From the NCBI GenBank assembly GCA_019057475.1, contig DXJO01000020.1, positions 74,875 through 138,874 on the forward strand: a DNA stretch of 64,000 bases, given 5' to 3'. The stretch is from Candidatus Thorarchaeota archaeon. GTDB taxonomy: Archaea > Asgardarchaeota > Thorarchaeia > Thorarchaeales > Thorarchaeaceae. The position numbers and the translations under genes were made by a program. This document shows positions 40,613 to 49,987 of this stretch, piece after piece. Below the pieces are notes generated by a model. The model had not been told where the DNA came from, made no database searches, and worked only from the letters and a program-made list of their open reading frames with translations. The stretch's first letter is position 1, and each line of letters begins with the position of its first letter.

Positions 40613-41275
40613 ATGACTGAAGAAAAAAAAGATGCGCCAGTCCAAGAAGAGCCGAAGGCGCAAAGCCTGCCTGTAGCCACGCCTGATTTTCTGTTGTTTG
40701 GTAAATGGGATTCAACAGTGGTCCAAGTGAAGGATGTTGGTCTTACCCGATACATCTCTCTGAAGTCTGTCCTGATTCCGCATACAGCAGGAAGGCACAG
40801 CCACAAACGTTTCCACAAGAGCAATGTACCTATTGTAGAGCGATTCGTGAATAAACTACTCAATGCAGGACGGCGCAAAGACAAGAAGACACGCACTGGC
40901 AGGACCGCAGGCAAGAAAACACGAACAATCAACGTGGTCAGACGAGTCTTTGAGATTATTAATTTCAGAACTGGCCTCAATCCAATCCAAGTTCTCGTGA
41001 CTGCTATCGAAAATACTGCTCCTTCCGAGGAAACGACAAGAATTTCCTATGGTGGAATGGCATATCCTCGCTCAGTAGACGTTTCTCCCCAGCGCAGGAT
41101 TGATCTCGCTTTGAAGTACCTCGCTGTAGGCGCAGTTCGTTCATCGCACAAGAATGCCAAGTCGTTCGAGGAATGTATCGTTGACGAGCTGCTTCTTGCT
41201 TACAAAGGCGATTCTGGAAGCTATGGAATTTCCAGAAAAGAAGAGCGCGAGAGAGTGGCCCGTTCAGCAAGGTAG
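40613..41275 (+). CDS. rps7: Ribosomal protein S7 (uS7)
   Basis: ...LLFGKWDSTVVQVKDVGLTRYISL...; GGTGAT lies 5 nt upstream of ATG 40613 (alternative GTG at 40604). Confidence 0.9.
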   Translation: MTEEKKDAPVQEEPKAQSLPVATPDFLLFGKWDSTVVQVKDVGLTRYISLKSVLIPHTAGRHSHKRFHKSNVPIVERFVNKLLNAGRRKDKKTRTGRTAGKKTRTINVVRRVFEIINFRTGLNPIQVLVTAIENTAPSEETTRISYGGMAYPRSVDVSPQRRIDLALKYLAVGAVRSSHKNAKSFEECIVDELLLAYKGDSGSYGISRKEERERVARSAR

Positions 41276-41418
41276 TATTCTTCTCAACCTTGTATTATCA
41301 TCCTGTATCAGCAGAATTGATGCTGCATTTCATAGTGTTTTTAGAGAGCCTTATCAGAGAGATAGGTTCCAGTCGATGCACTCAATGCGCAAGTGAAGAA
41401 CCTGACGAGGAACGAGAG

Positions 41419-42327
41419 ATGAACAAGTCTACTGCGGCATGGCTTACAATAAATCTCATTACAGTGGCTTGGGCATCTTCTCTCATCCTCGCAAAGATTG
41501 CTTTCCTGGAAGGGTTGACACCCATCATCTTCGTTGCGGTACGCTACACTATCGCTTGCCCCTTTCTCATTGCAGCTGTTTACATGTTCGGACGCAGGTC
41601 GAAGCTGCGTGGAGATATGAGGAGTAACTGGCGGATCATCCTGCTTGCGGGAATCACAGGTCCATTTCTCTCCCAAGTGCTGCAATACATTGGACTAAGT
41701 ATGACAACAGCAGACGAAACCATACTACTCTTGAACATGAGCCCTGTTTTCGCAGTCTTGATGGCCGCTCCAGTTCTGAAGGAGAAGATAACTAGTGAGA
41801 AGATAGGAGGCCTCTTTCTAGCGGTCATTGGTGTGGGTCTGATCGTCTTGGGTGGTACGCCACTTGATGATGCTTTTGGTCCCCTACGCCTGGTGGGCAA
41901 CGCAATTGTGATAGTATCTACATTTCTGTTTGCGGTTAACGGAATAGCCGGCAAAATGGCGATTAAATCAATTGACGCTGTATCCCTCACTCTATACAGC
42001 ACCCTATTTGCTGTGCCTTTCATCTGGCTCTCTGCAGCGTTCATGGAGGACATAACTGTAATACTGCGGCTGAGTGCTGGTGTCTGGGCAATCATCCTCT
42101 GGGTCGGGATAGTGAATACGGCACTAGCATTCGTCCTGTATTACAATGCGATGAATCACATTGAAGCCTCCAGAGTACAGATTGCGCTGAATCTGATAAC
42201 AGTGTGGGGTGTGCTAATGGCGTTTCTATTCCTTGGTGAGCCTTTGTTTGCTCTTCAACTCGTAGGCGGTGCCTTGACTGTCGTTGGCGTCATAATCGCT
42301 CAGAGAGTTCGCAAAGCCGCCCCTTAA
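41419..42327 (+). CDS. EamA/DMT-superfamily transporter (10 TM)
   Basis: Two EamA-like halves. The start is set at ATG 41419 (MNKSTAAWLTINL...). Confidence 0.8.
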   Translation: MNKSTAAWLTINLITVAWASSLILAKIAFLEGLTPIIFVAVRYTIACPFLIAAVYMFGRRSKLRGDMRSNWRIILLAGITGPFLSQVLQYIGLSMTTADETILLLNMSPVFAVLMAAPVLKEKITSEKIGGLFLAVIGVGLIVLGGTPLDDAFGPLRLVGNAIVIVSTFLFAVNGIAGKMAIKSIDAVSLTLYSTLFAVPFIWLSAAFMEDITVILRLSAGVWAIILWVGIVNTALAFVLYYNAMNHIEASRVQIALNLITVWGVLMAFLFLGEPLFALQLVGGALTVVGVIIAQRVRKAAP

Positions 42328-42402
42328 GCTTGAAGTCGATGAGTCCACTGTTGGGAAATGAGTGCGCCATCTCCAATTAATCAGGCTGTCTTGTAGAAAG
42401 CG

Positions 42403-42408
42403 TTAAAA
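42403..42408 (+). promoter_or_regulatory. TATA-like box (TTAAAA) upstream of the EF-1alpha gene
   Basis: aagcgTTAAAAgcac, about 80 nt upstream of the TTG start. AGGAG lies about 10 nt upstream of the start. Confidence 0.3.
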
Positions 42409-42483
42409 GCACGGTCCAAGGTGGCACTCACGGTCTGTACCCCTTAGAGGACAGATTGAAAGCGAATAAGGAGAAATAATGCC

Positions 42484-43788
42484 TTGTCCAAGAAACAGAA
42501 GGATCACCTGAATCTAGTGGTAGTTGGTCACGTCGACCACGGCAAGTCCACTATGACTGGTAGACTCCTATACGAAACTGGCGCTGTTGACGAACGCACT
42601 TTCCAACAGCATAAAGCCGAAGCAGAAAAACTTGGGCGACCCAGCTGGGCATGGGCTTTTGCGCTGGACCGCCTGAAAGAGGAACGTGAGCGAGGTCTAA
42701 CCATTGACATCGCCTTCTTCAAGTTCCTCACTGACAAATACTATTACACGATCATCGATGCACCTGGTCACAAGGACTTCATCAAGAACATGATCACTGG
42801 CGCATCTCAGGCCGACGTGGCTCTTCTTGTGGTATCTGCAAAGAAGGGTGAATTCGAAGCCGGCATCGGACCTGGTGGCCAGACAAAGGAGCACGCATAC
42901 CTAGTGATGACACTCGGTGTGCCGAGCATAATTGTCTGTGTCAACAAGATGGATGACGACAGCGTGAAGTACAGCGAGGACCGCTACAATGAGGTTAAGG
43001 AGGAAGTATCAGGCTTCCTGAAGAGCATTGGTTACAAAATGGACAAGATTCCGTTCATTCCAACTTCAGCCCTCGATGCAGCAAACCTGAAGGAACAGTC
43101 CAAGGACTTCACTCCTTGGTATGAAGGTCCCAGCTTGCTTCAGGCACTCGACCTCGTCGATCTTCCGCCAAAGCCACTTAAGAAGCCTCTGAGGATTCCG
43201 ATTAACGACGTCTACTCAATCAAGGGTGTCGGAACTGTGCCAGTCGGTCGTGTTGAAACCGGTGTGATGAAGCCTGGGATGAAGATTACCTTCATGCCCC
43301 CCAACAAGACTGGAGAGGTCAAGTCAATCGAGATGCATCACGAGATTCTGTCGCAGGCAGTACCTGGTGATAACATTGGCTTCAACATAAGAGGCATCGA
43401 GAGGAAAGACCTTGGCCGTGGTGACGTTGCAGGTCCTACTGACAAGCCACCGACAGTCGCTGCTGACTACACTGGCCAGATCATGGTCATCCAGCATCCG
43501 ACAGCCATCACAGTGGGTTATACTCCAGTTGTTCATGCACACACCGCTCAGGTAGCGTGCAGGTTCGATCAGATTCTGCAGAAGCTAGACCAGGCAACTG
43601 GTCAGCTTATCGAAGAGAATCCTGACTTTGTGAAGAAAGGCGAGAGCATGATAGCGAAACTCGTGCCTCTCAAGCCGATGTGCATTGAAACCTACAAGCA
43701 GTTCCCACAGCTCGGCCGCTTCGCGGTACGTGACATGGGCATGACAGTCGCAGTCGGCGTTGTCACAAAAGTCACTAAGAGGAAATAG
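42484..43788 (+). CDS. tuf: Translation elongation factor EF-1alpha
   Basis: TTG start; [37 protein letters not shown]. Confidence 0.95.
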   Translation: MSKKQKDHLNLVVVGHVDHGKSTMTGRLLYETGAVDERTFQQHKAEAEKLGRPSWAWAFALDRLKEERERGLTIDIAFFKFLTDKYYYTIIDAPGHKDFIKNMITGASQADVALLVVSAKKGEFEAGIGPGGQTKEHAYLVMTLGVPSIIVCVNKMDDDSVKYSEDRYNEVKEEVSGFLKSIGYKMDKIPFIPTSALDAANLKEQSKDFTPWYEGPSLLQALDLVDLPPKPLKKPLRIPINDVYSIKGVGTVPVGRVETGVMKPGMKITFMPPNKTGEVKSIEMHHEILSQAVPGDNIGFNIRGIERKDLGRGDVAGPTDKPPTVAADYTGQIMVIQHPTAITVGYTPVVHAHTAQVACRFDQILQKLDQATGQLIEENPDFVKKGESMIAKLVPLKPMCIETYKQFPQLGRFAVRDMGMTVAVGVVTKVTKRK

Positions 43789-43793
43789 TTCAC

Positions 43794-43834
43794 AGAACCG
43801 GGTCGCAAGGCCCGAGTTCTCTCTTATTTTTTTA
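43794..43834 (+). terminator. Hairpin plus oligo-T tract after the EF-1alpha gene
   Basis: AGAACCGGG-tcgcaagg-CCCGaGTTCT followed by tcttaTTTTTTTa. Confidence 0.5.
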
Positions 43835-43919
43835 TTCAGCTTTGCTTGTTACTATGCAATCCATATGCGATTCATCATTACCTGCTCTTGGGATAATGGG
43901 ACTTCATCAAAATAGAGAG

Positions 43920-44034
43920 TGGCGCTGGGGGCGAGATTCGAACTCGCGCGTGCAAGCACACCAACTGTCAGCCCGCCCGCGTCACGCGTAGGCGATTAGC
44001 AGGCTGGCTCCGTACCAGGCTCGGAAACCCCAGC
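43920..44034 (-). tRNA. tRNA-Ser(GCT) with a roughly 23-nt intron and long variable arm; CCA encoded
   Basis: Reverse complement: GCTGGGG-TT-TCCG..CGGA-G-CCAGC-CTGCTAA[intron]GCTGA-...GTGTG-cttg-CACGC-GCGAG-TTCGAAT-CTCGC-CCCCAGC-G-CCA. Confidence 0.8.
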
Positions 44035-44173
44035 ATCAAGGTGTGCGAACTTTGCTCTTCTCTTAAAGATTATCGTACTTCTCTTTTACTTCGGCATTTG
44101 CCATCAACGATTTCATCATTACTGCAATAACAAACGCTATTTTGCTAAGAGTTATCCTTAGATTTGTGGGGTT

Positions 44174-44527
44174 GTGGCGATTTATCTGCTTACAGTAATC
44201 TATTCCGCGCTGAGAATAATACTGCATAATGAATCGGAACGGACTGGATACTCGGTAGTCCTCCTTAGGAAGCAGAGAATTCTCCTGTCGTTGGCAACCA
44301 TTCCTGCATGGACAATTTACTATGTCTACACAGTCATGACGTTCATAGTAATCTATTCAGACCCTCCAGATTTTTCAGGATTTCCACCATGGCCAGTTCC
44401 GTTCTACATTGCTGGCTTGGCCTGGCTTGTATTCGATGTGTTGTGGCAGTTCCGGAAGCTTCAGCACGAGATAATTCGAGGTCCTATTATAGACGGCACC
44501 GCCGATTCATTTCAGAATCGTTGGTAG
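44174..44527 (+). CDS. Small membrane protein, paralog 1 (unknown family)
   Basis: LRIILHNESERTG...ILLSLATIPAWT...YIAGLAWLVFDVLWQFRKL; GTG start. Confidence 0.55.
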   Translation: MAIYLLTVIYSALRIILHNESERTGYSVVLLRKQRILLSLATIPAWTIYYVYTVMTFIVIYSDPPDFSGFPPWPVPFYIAGLAWLVFDVLWQFRKLQHEIIRGPIIDGTADSFQNRW

Positions 44528-44611
44528 CACCTATCAACAATTCTTCTCTAGGAAACCAGTACGAAAACGAACAGTTTTTCACTAAGAACAAGATATGCAC
44601 CTGCGGGGGTC

Positions 44612-44950
44612 GTGTCGATTCAACTCGTTAAGAATTGTGTAGCAGCAGGAGTCTATCTCTTGTTGAGAGTACTACTCCAAAATGCACCAGAACAAACTAG
44701 ACTCTCGATAATTCGCGTTCGCAAGCTGAGGATTCTTTTATCGCTATTGGCCATTCCCGCGTTGACTTTGCTTTATGTTGATGACATCATGGTACACCTA
44801 CAGTACTATCCCATGGTCATGCCCCCGCTTCCTGTTTCGGTTTACATTGCTTGCCTAGCGTGGCTTGTATTCGATGTGTTGCGGGAGTACAATGCGCTTG
44901 TCAAAGCTAAAAGGTGGGCTAGTGAAGAAGATCCCGTTGAATCATCTTAG
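44612..44950 (+). CDS. Small membrane protein, paralog 2 (tandem duplicate)
   Basis: LRVLLQNAPEQTR...ILLSLLAIPALT...YIACLAWLVFDVLREYNAL. Shares the 21-nt string tggcttgtattcgatgtgttg with paralog 1. Confidence 0.55.
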   Translation: MSIQLVKNCVAAGVYLLLRVLLQNAPEQTRLSIIRVRKLRILLSLLAIPALTLLYVDDIMVHLQYYPMVMPPLPVSVYIACLAWLVFDVLREYNALVKAKRWASEEDPVESS

Positions 44951-45009
44951 GACTGATAGAGCCTGACAACTACTCCTTTTCAATGAATCAGAATAACAAC
45001 AAGCAAAGG

Positions 45010-45321
45010 TGCAGCGGCCCCAACACTTCGGGTGTCCTTCTCCTGCGAAGAATGCTCGTCGTGCTTCTCAAAGCAGCGCTCTCTGAGGCTCCACCACTTA
45101 GTCTGAGGGCTGTTCCCGCCAGGGCCTGACCCGGTTCGACAATCTAAGTCAATCACAACAGTCCTACGACTGTTGGTATGACCGTGACAGACTTCAAAGA
45201 CTGCTCGTCATCGTCCCACAGCGAATCTCAACAGGATTGGGGTTCATCCTCCGCATGGTTACTGGTGCCACTATTGCCATGTGGTTTCAGCCGCGGCAAA
45301 CGGCCCACCCTGCCCGCTGCA
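45010..45321 (-). ncRNA. Probable signal recognition particle (7S) RNA
   Basis: A 425-bp ORF-free gap. The minus strand starts UGCAGCGG (45321-45314) and ends CCGCUGCA (45017-45010), forming a terminal helix. Internal GGGUCAGGCCCUGGCGGGAACAGCC (complement of about 45108-45134) resembles the helix-8 consensus GUCAGGUCCGGAAGGAAGCAGCC. Confidence 0.6.
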
Positions 45322-45375
45322 GTTCGAGGAATCTACTGGTATGCCTAAAAAAGTTACCAATTGGGCTCAAACAAA

Positions 45376-47157
45376 CTAGATGAAGGCTCCAGCCGCCCTC
45401 TTTATTGTAACGATCTCTTCCAACACATCCAGTTCTGGCTGTGTTAAATCCTCAGAAAACTTCTTTCTGATTGCGAGAATATGCTTGTCAGGCACGTCAA
45501 TGTAGAGTACTTCATTGTCCTTTACCTGTCTGCCAATGCTCGGCCCTCGGATAGACACTGCAACTTCCATTCCATCAGTTGCCTCATCTATCGTGACACT
45601 TCTATCCTGAATCTGCAGAATGGTTCCCACGCGCTTTCCTTGCCCATTGATGAGGGCTGTTCTTGGCTTCACAACGCCGCTTACTTTGACGCCTACGACT
45701 GCTGGATTCTTCTGCCTGAATACATAGTCAGGTATGAGCGTAATTTTTCCAGGCCTAACAATTGAGCCAAGCGACTCAGCCTTTGCCTGCTCTCGTTTCA
45801 CTATGAGCCACGCGTTGAAATCATCAAAGAGGCGATAGATCACCTCATTCATGAATACCTCGACTCCGTATTCTGCAGCCAGATCCTCAATATCAGGTGC
45901 AATTTTAACGTTGAACCCCAGTACGACGGCGTTGAGAGGGTCTGTATCACCTGCAGCTTGGGCCTCAACTATGTCCCTTTTAACAATCTGACCAACATCA
46001 GCAATCCGTACTGGAATCTTGCGGTCCTGCAAGAACTGACTGACTGCCTCCAAAGAACCAAGAGTATCGGTCTTCAGAACAACACCGGATGAATCCTTCT
46101 GAATGCGTATTGAGCTGATCTCATCACGTATTTTGGACTTGATAGCTTCAAGTTCATCTAAATCACTAACAGCATAGACTGGTGCACCAGCCAGTGCTCC
46201 CTTGATGTCGGGAGACACAATTTTAACACCTGCCGCGGCATGCACCTCGTCAACGTGCGCAAACTTCTCTTTTGGGTCTCTAATCTCATCAAGCGCCTTT
46301 GGGAGCAGTAATGCTCTGATTTTAGCAACTATGACATCATCGAGACCGCCGACCACTATAGTATCAGACTTCCTCAAAACCCCCTCATAGATTATTGTAT
46401 CAAGCGTTGTGCCTAGGCCGGTTTCCTCTCTGACCTCCAGTATCGCTCCCTTAGCCGGACCCGTGGAGATACTGAGCCTATCCTTAAGGTACTGCTGAGT
46501 CAGTCCTGAGAGGACCATCAACAGCTCAGGAATGCCATCCCCGGTCTTCGCACTAGTGGGCACAATGGCCACAGTCTGCGTGAAGTCCTCTACACGATCA
46601 TATCTTTCCGAAGCGATTCCGTTTGCAGACAGTGCTCCAACAATCTCGTATAGACGTCGGTCTAGCTCGTTCTGTATTGTCTTGTTCTGCGACTTTATGG
46701 CCTGGAACAGGTCGACATCAGGAACACTCCTCCATCCCGGGACCTTGTCGAGCTTGTTAGCGGCTATGAGGAACGGTGTTTTCCCTGATTTCAGTATCTT
46801 CAATGATTCATAGGACTGAGTCAGTGGCCCCTCATTGATGTCCACTACTAATATCGCTATGTCAGCTATCGCTCCACCGCGTCTTCTGAGGTTCAGGTAT
46901 GCTTCATGGCCTGGCGTGTCAATGAACAGCAGGCCATCGATTGTTAATTGGGTGTTGACGCTCTCCAGAAGGTTTCCACAAATGGAGAGAATCGTTTCAG
47001 TCGGGAAAAAGGAAGCGCCGATATGTTGAGTGATGCCTGCCGCCTCTCGATCCTGCACTGCTGTACCTCGCATCTTGTCCAGTAGTGAGGTTTTGCCATG
47101 GTCTATGTGACCGAGTACCGTGACAATGGGGGAACGCAGTTTTGCTTCCTGAGTCAT
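45376..47157 (-). CDS. infB: Translation initiation factor aIF5B (IF-2 homolog)
   Basis: RSPIVTVLGHIDHGKTSLLDKMRGT, DTPGHEAY, NKLD. The start is set at ATG 47157 (MTQEAKL...). Confidence 0.92.
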   Translation of the reverse strand: MTQEAKLRSPIVTVLGHIDHGKTSLLDKMRGTAVQDREAAGITQHIGASFFPTETILSICGNLLESVNTQLTIDGLLFIDTPGHEAYLNLRRRGGAIADIAILVVDINEGPLTQSYESLKILKSGKTPFLIAANKLDKVPGWRSVPDVDLFQAIKSQNKTIQNELDRRLYEIVGALSANGIASERYDRVEDFTQTVAIVPTSAKTGDGIPELLMVLSGLTQQYLKDRLSISTGPAKGAILEVREETGLGTTLDTIIYEGVLRKSDTIVVGGLDDVIVAKIRALLLPKALDEIRDPKEKFAHVDEVHAAAGVKIVSPDIKGALAGAPVYAVSDLDELEAIKSKIRDEISSIRIQKDSSGVVLKTDTLGSLEAVSQFLQDRKIPVRIADVGQIVKRDIVEAQAAGDTDPLNAVVLGFNVKIAPDIEDLAAEYGVEVFMNEVIYRLFDDFNAWLIVKREQAKAESLGSIVRPGKITLIPDYVFRQKNPAVVGVKVSGVVKPRTALINGQGKRVGTILQIQDRSVTIDEATDGMEVAVSIRGPSIGRQVKDNEVLYIDVPDKHILAIRKKFSEDLTQPELDVLEEIVTIKRAAGAFI

Positions 47158-47291
47158 CAATGGCCACCTCACAAGAAGATTGATGCCAAGCAATTTTCCC
47201 TAGCTTATGAAACTGTCGTTTGCGATAGTCGAGCCACAACCCTGAAATAACAAAGAACTGTGTTCGCCATCAGCAAGATAGACATAGTTCG

Positions 47292-47963
47292 GTGAAGCAG
47301 TTGGAACGCTCTTTTGTAATAATCAAACCTGATGGAACCGCTAGAAGAAGAGTGAGTGCCTTAGTGATCAAGGCTCTACTGGATAGAGGATACAGTGTCC
47401 GTGCCTTCAAAGAAATGAAGGTATCCAAATCGTTGGCTGAAATGCACTACGCGGTCCATAAGGAGAAACCATTCTTCCCTTGGCTTGTAGACTTCATAAC
47501 TTCCGCCAATGTTCTGACAATGATTCTCGAAGCTGATAACGTAATCGAGGGCGTTCGCGAAGCGCTTGGTGCGACATTCGTTCAGAAGGCTTCGTCCGAT
47601 TCACTAAGAGGACGTTATGGAATATGGGCTGGCATCAATATCGCCCACGCATCTGATGGACCGGATACCGCAAGAACTGAGATATCTCTCTGGATGACTG
47701 AAGGTGGCATTGAAGAGTCTGATGACGCAGAGGCCTCTGCTTGGGCCTATATCAACAAGTACAGTTCTGGAAGCGCAGATTATACCATGGATATTCGCAA
47801 TATTGTCAAAGAATCCATTGAAAATGGAAACACATCACCTGCTGTTCTGAGCTCGCTGGAAGATCTGCTAGGTAAAGATGCAGACGGAATCGAGAAGAAA
47901 TCAATCGACGCTCTGGCAAACGCGATTTTTGATTACATTAAGGAAGAAGCCGAGAAAAAATGA
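47292..47963 (+). CDS. ndk: Nucleoside-diphosphate kinase with a roughly 75-aa acidic C-terminal extension
   Basis: ERSFVIIKPDG, NIAHASD active-site region; GTG start. Confidence 0.8.
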   Translation: MKQLERSFVIIKPDGTARRRVSALVIKALLDRGYSVRAFKEMKVSKSLAEMHYAVHKEKPFFPWLVDFITSANVLTMILEADNVIEGVREALGATFVQKASSDSLRGRYGIWAGINIAHASDGPDTARTEISLWMTEGGIEESDDAEASAWAYINKYSSGSADYTMDIRNIVKESIENGNTSPAVLSSLEDLLGKDADGIEKKSIDALANAIFDYIKEEAEKK

Positions 47964-48020
47964 CACCAGGTGGCAAAAAGTACCACCTATGCCTTTTACA
48001 TGCAGATTCAAACAGGTGCT

Positions 48021-48221
48021 TCAGCGCTTCGTTTTGCCACCCTTCTCATAGCCCGTAGTCCACTTGGTATCTCTGGGCTTCATCTTCCGTTTTATCCTGT
48101 TGACCTTGCACTTATTCGAACAGAACCACAGTACAGCCCCGTCCTTTGTCTGTACGTAGGCCATGCCCGTGCCAGGCTCGATGTCCTTGCCACAGAAGAC
48201 GCATTTCTGTGTTCCAACCAC
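48021..48221 (-). CDS. rpl24e: Ribosomal protein L24e
   Basis: CVFCGKDIEPGTGMAYVQTKDGAVLWFCSNKC. Confidence 0.9.
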   Translation of the reverse strand: MVGTQKCVFCGKDIEPGTGMAYVQTKDGAVLWFCSNKCKVNRIKRKMKPRDTKWTTGYEKGGKTKR

Positions 48222-48223
48222 GC

Positions 48224-48457
48224 CTAACGCCTCCTCATCTTCCGAGCTTCACGTTCAGTTTCTCGGAGAGAGAGAATATCGCCCTCTCTGACAGGGCCTT
48301 TCACGTTGCGAGTGAGCACCCGACCTCTGTCCCGTCCGTCCAATATCTTGACTCGGACTTGGGTGATTTCCCCGGTCACTCCAGTTCTTCCCAGAATCTG
48401 GATAACCTCCGCCGGGGTTGCGGCAGTCCTATCTGAGTCATCATTTGTTTTACTCAT
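48224..48457 (-). CDS. rps28e: Ribosomal protein S28e
   Basis: [57 protein letters not shown]. Confidence 0.9.
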   Translation of the reverse strand: MSKTNDDSDRTAATPAEVIQILGRTGVTGEITQVRVKILDGRDRGRVLTRNVKGPVREGDILSLRETEREARKMRRR

Positions 48458-48481
48458 CTAAAGCCATCACCTAGAAGAGCA

Positions 48482-48853
48482 CTATTTGCGCAGTCCAGCT
48501 ATCTTCTCAACCAAGTCATCAACAAGGTCCTTCGCCTTGCCATCAATGACGATGGCGACCGCCGCTGTGGGGCGTTCGATACCGCAAGCATTACCAAGGT
48601 CCTTCTTGCTATCCACGAAGATGTATGGTGCTTTCTTGTCATCACAGAGACCTGGCAAGTACATGATGATCTCTGGAGGTTCTACGTCCCCTGCAACCAG
48701 TACAAGACGTGCAATTCCACGCTCGATGGACTTAGTTGCCTCGTTTATTCCTTTCTTGATTCGTCCTGTATCTTTGGCAATCTCAAGAGCTTCGAGAGCC
48801 TTCTTCTGGAGCTCTTCAGGGAATTCAACTTCAACAAAACTCGGTTTCGGCAT
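48482..48853 (-). CDS. rpl7ae: Ribosomal protein L7Ae (K-turn binding protein)
   Basis: KKGINEATKSIERGIARLVLVAGDVEPPEIIMYLPGLCDDKKAPYIFV. Confidence 0.92.
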   Translation of the reverse strand: MPKPSFVEVEFPEELQKKALEALEIAKDTGRIKKGINEATKSIERGIARLVLVAGDVEPPEIIMYLPGLCDDKKAPYIFVDSKKDLGNACGIERPTAAVAIVIDGKAKDLVDDLVEKIAGLRK

Positions 48854-48862
48854 TATTATCTA

Positions 48863-48883
48863 CCTCTGTTTTCACATCATTGG
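48863..48883 (-). promoter_or_regulatory. K-turn/K-loop-like hairpin in the L7Ae 5' UTR (candidate autoregulatory site)
   Basis: The minus strand reads CC-AAU-GA-UG-UGAAAA-CA-GA-GG. This gives a CC/GG stem, a 3-nt bulge, tandem sheared GA/GA and a UG/CA stem, ending 9 nt upstream of the ATG. Confidence 0.5.
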
Positions 48884-48946
48884 TATGAGTGTCTATTAAC
48901 GCACCCGTTGCAAAGGGTGCATTCTCGTCGCTGTCATGCCTACTTC

Positions 48947-48954
48947 TTTTAAAA
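48947..48954 (-). promoter_or_regulatory. TATA-like box (TTTTAAAA) upstream of the L7Ae operon
   Basis: About 95 nt upstream of the L7Ae ATG. It would place the hairpin GCACCC/GGGTGC (48901-48920) and the K-turn in the 5' UTR. Confidence 0.3.
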
Positions 48955-48994
48955 CTGTCGAACTAGTCTGACTCAACAACTAGGGATGGCATGT

Positions 48995-49987
48995 CTAATA
49001 TCCTAGTTCCCTGATTGCCCCTACTAGGTCATCATCACTTGCTTTGCAATGAGCAAGAACCGAGTATCTTCCTCGTTTCTTCATAATTTTCTGTGCGTGG
49101 TGTATGTCATCAAGAAATGTAGCTTCAGTTAAATCCAGTTCCTTGAGTTCTACTGGCATATTCCTCTCCAGTAGAAAGTCCCTGATATCTGATGGTCGAT
49201 GCTTGGCATAGCCGGCCTCGTCAAGAAAATGGAGGCTTAGGGGAGTAGCAAATGCAACTTGAAGGCCATGTAGACTCTGCATCCTTCGATCCATTGCGTG
49301 GGATATTGCATGTTCTGTTCCGGAGCAGGGTCTAGAACTCCCAAAGTCAGTCATGGCATTGCCTGTGTCTATCACAGATTTGACGAGGGTTTCGAGGTTA
49401 TCGTCCTTTAGCACAGTTTCGAGTGCGAACTCTACTGTTCTGTAGACGTCCTCATCCAGTGGCTCACCTGCAAGCTCATTGGCGAGTCGCCACTCCGCTA
49501 AACTTGATGCCTTGCTGAGTATATCTCCTATCCCAGACAGAGTCAGTATTCGAGGAGCGGTAGACATCACACTCAAATCCGCAAGTATGAAACTTGGCTT
49601 CTTGCATTTCTCTGAATAGCGATAACCGTCGTGCATTACAGAGGCAACGTCACTCGCAATGCCGTCATGTGATGCCGCAGTGGGGATAGAAATCCAATCG
49701 AGTCCTGCTTCGAGTGCGAAGAGCTTGGCCATATCGATGCTCCTTCCACCGCCAAAGCCTATGATCACATCGATGCCATGATATCGCGAAACCAATCCCT
49801 TCCGATAATCAGGTGATATGGACCACATCACGTCAGCATCGATAATACTCTCCATCATTTGCCCATACTTGTCGTAGATGACCACATCCGATACGATTAG
49901 AGGTTTCTTGTATCCTTCAAGGATGTCATTGAGCTTCTCTAAGGCACCCTCTGCAATAATCACATTGCTTGAGGTCATATCGTCCAC
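48995..49987 (-). CDS. egsA: Glycerol-1-phosphate dehydrogenase [NAD(P)+]
   Basis: IGFGGGRSIDMAKLFA...WISIPTAASHDGIASDVASV...GSSRPCSGTEHAISHAMD closely follows the G1PDH pattern (ISVPTAASHDGIAS). Confidence 0.85.
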   Translation of the reverse strand: MDDMTSSNVIIAEGALEKLNDILEGYKKPLIVSDVVIYDKYGQMMESIIDADVMWSISPDYRKGLVSRYHGIDVIIGFGGGRSIDMAKLFALEAGLDWISIPTAASHDGIASDVASVMHDGYRYSEKCKKPSFILADLSVMSTAPRILTLSGIGDILSKASSLAEWRLANELAGEPLDEDVYRTVEFALETVLKDDNLETLVKSVIDTGNAMTDFGSSRPCSGTEHAISHAMDRRMQSLHGLQVAFATPLSLHFLDEAGYAKHRPSDIRDFLLERNMPVELKELDLTEATFLDDIHHAQKIMKKRGRYSVLAHCKASDDDLVGAIRELGY

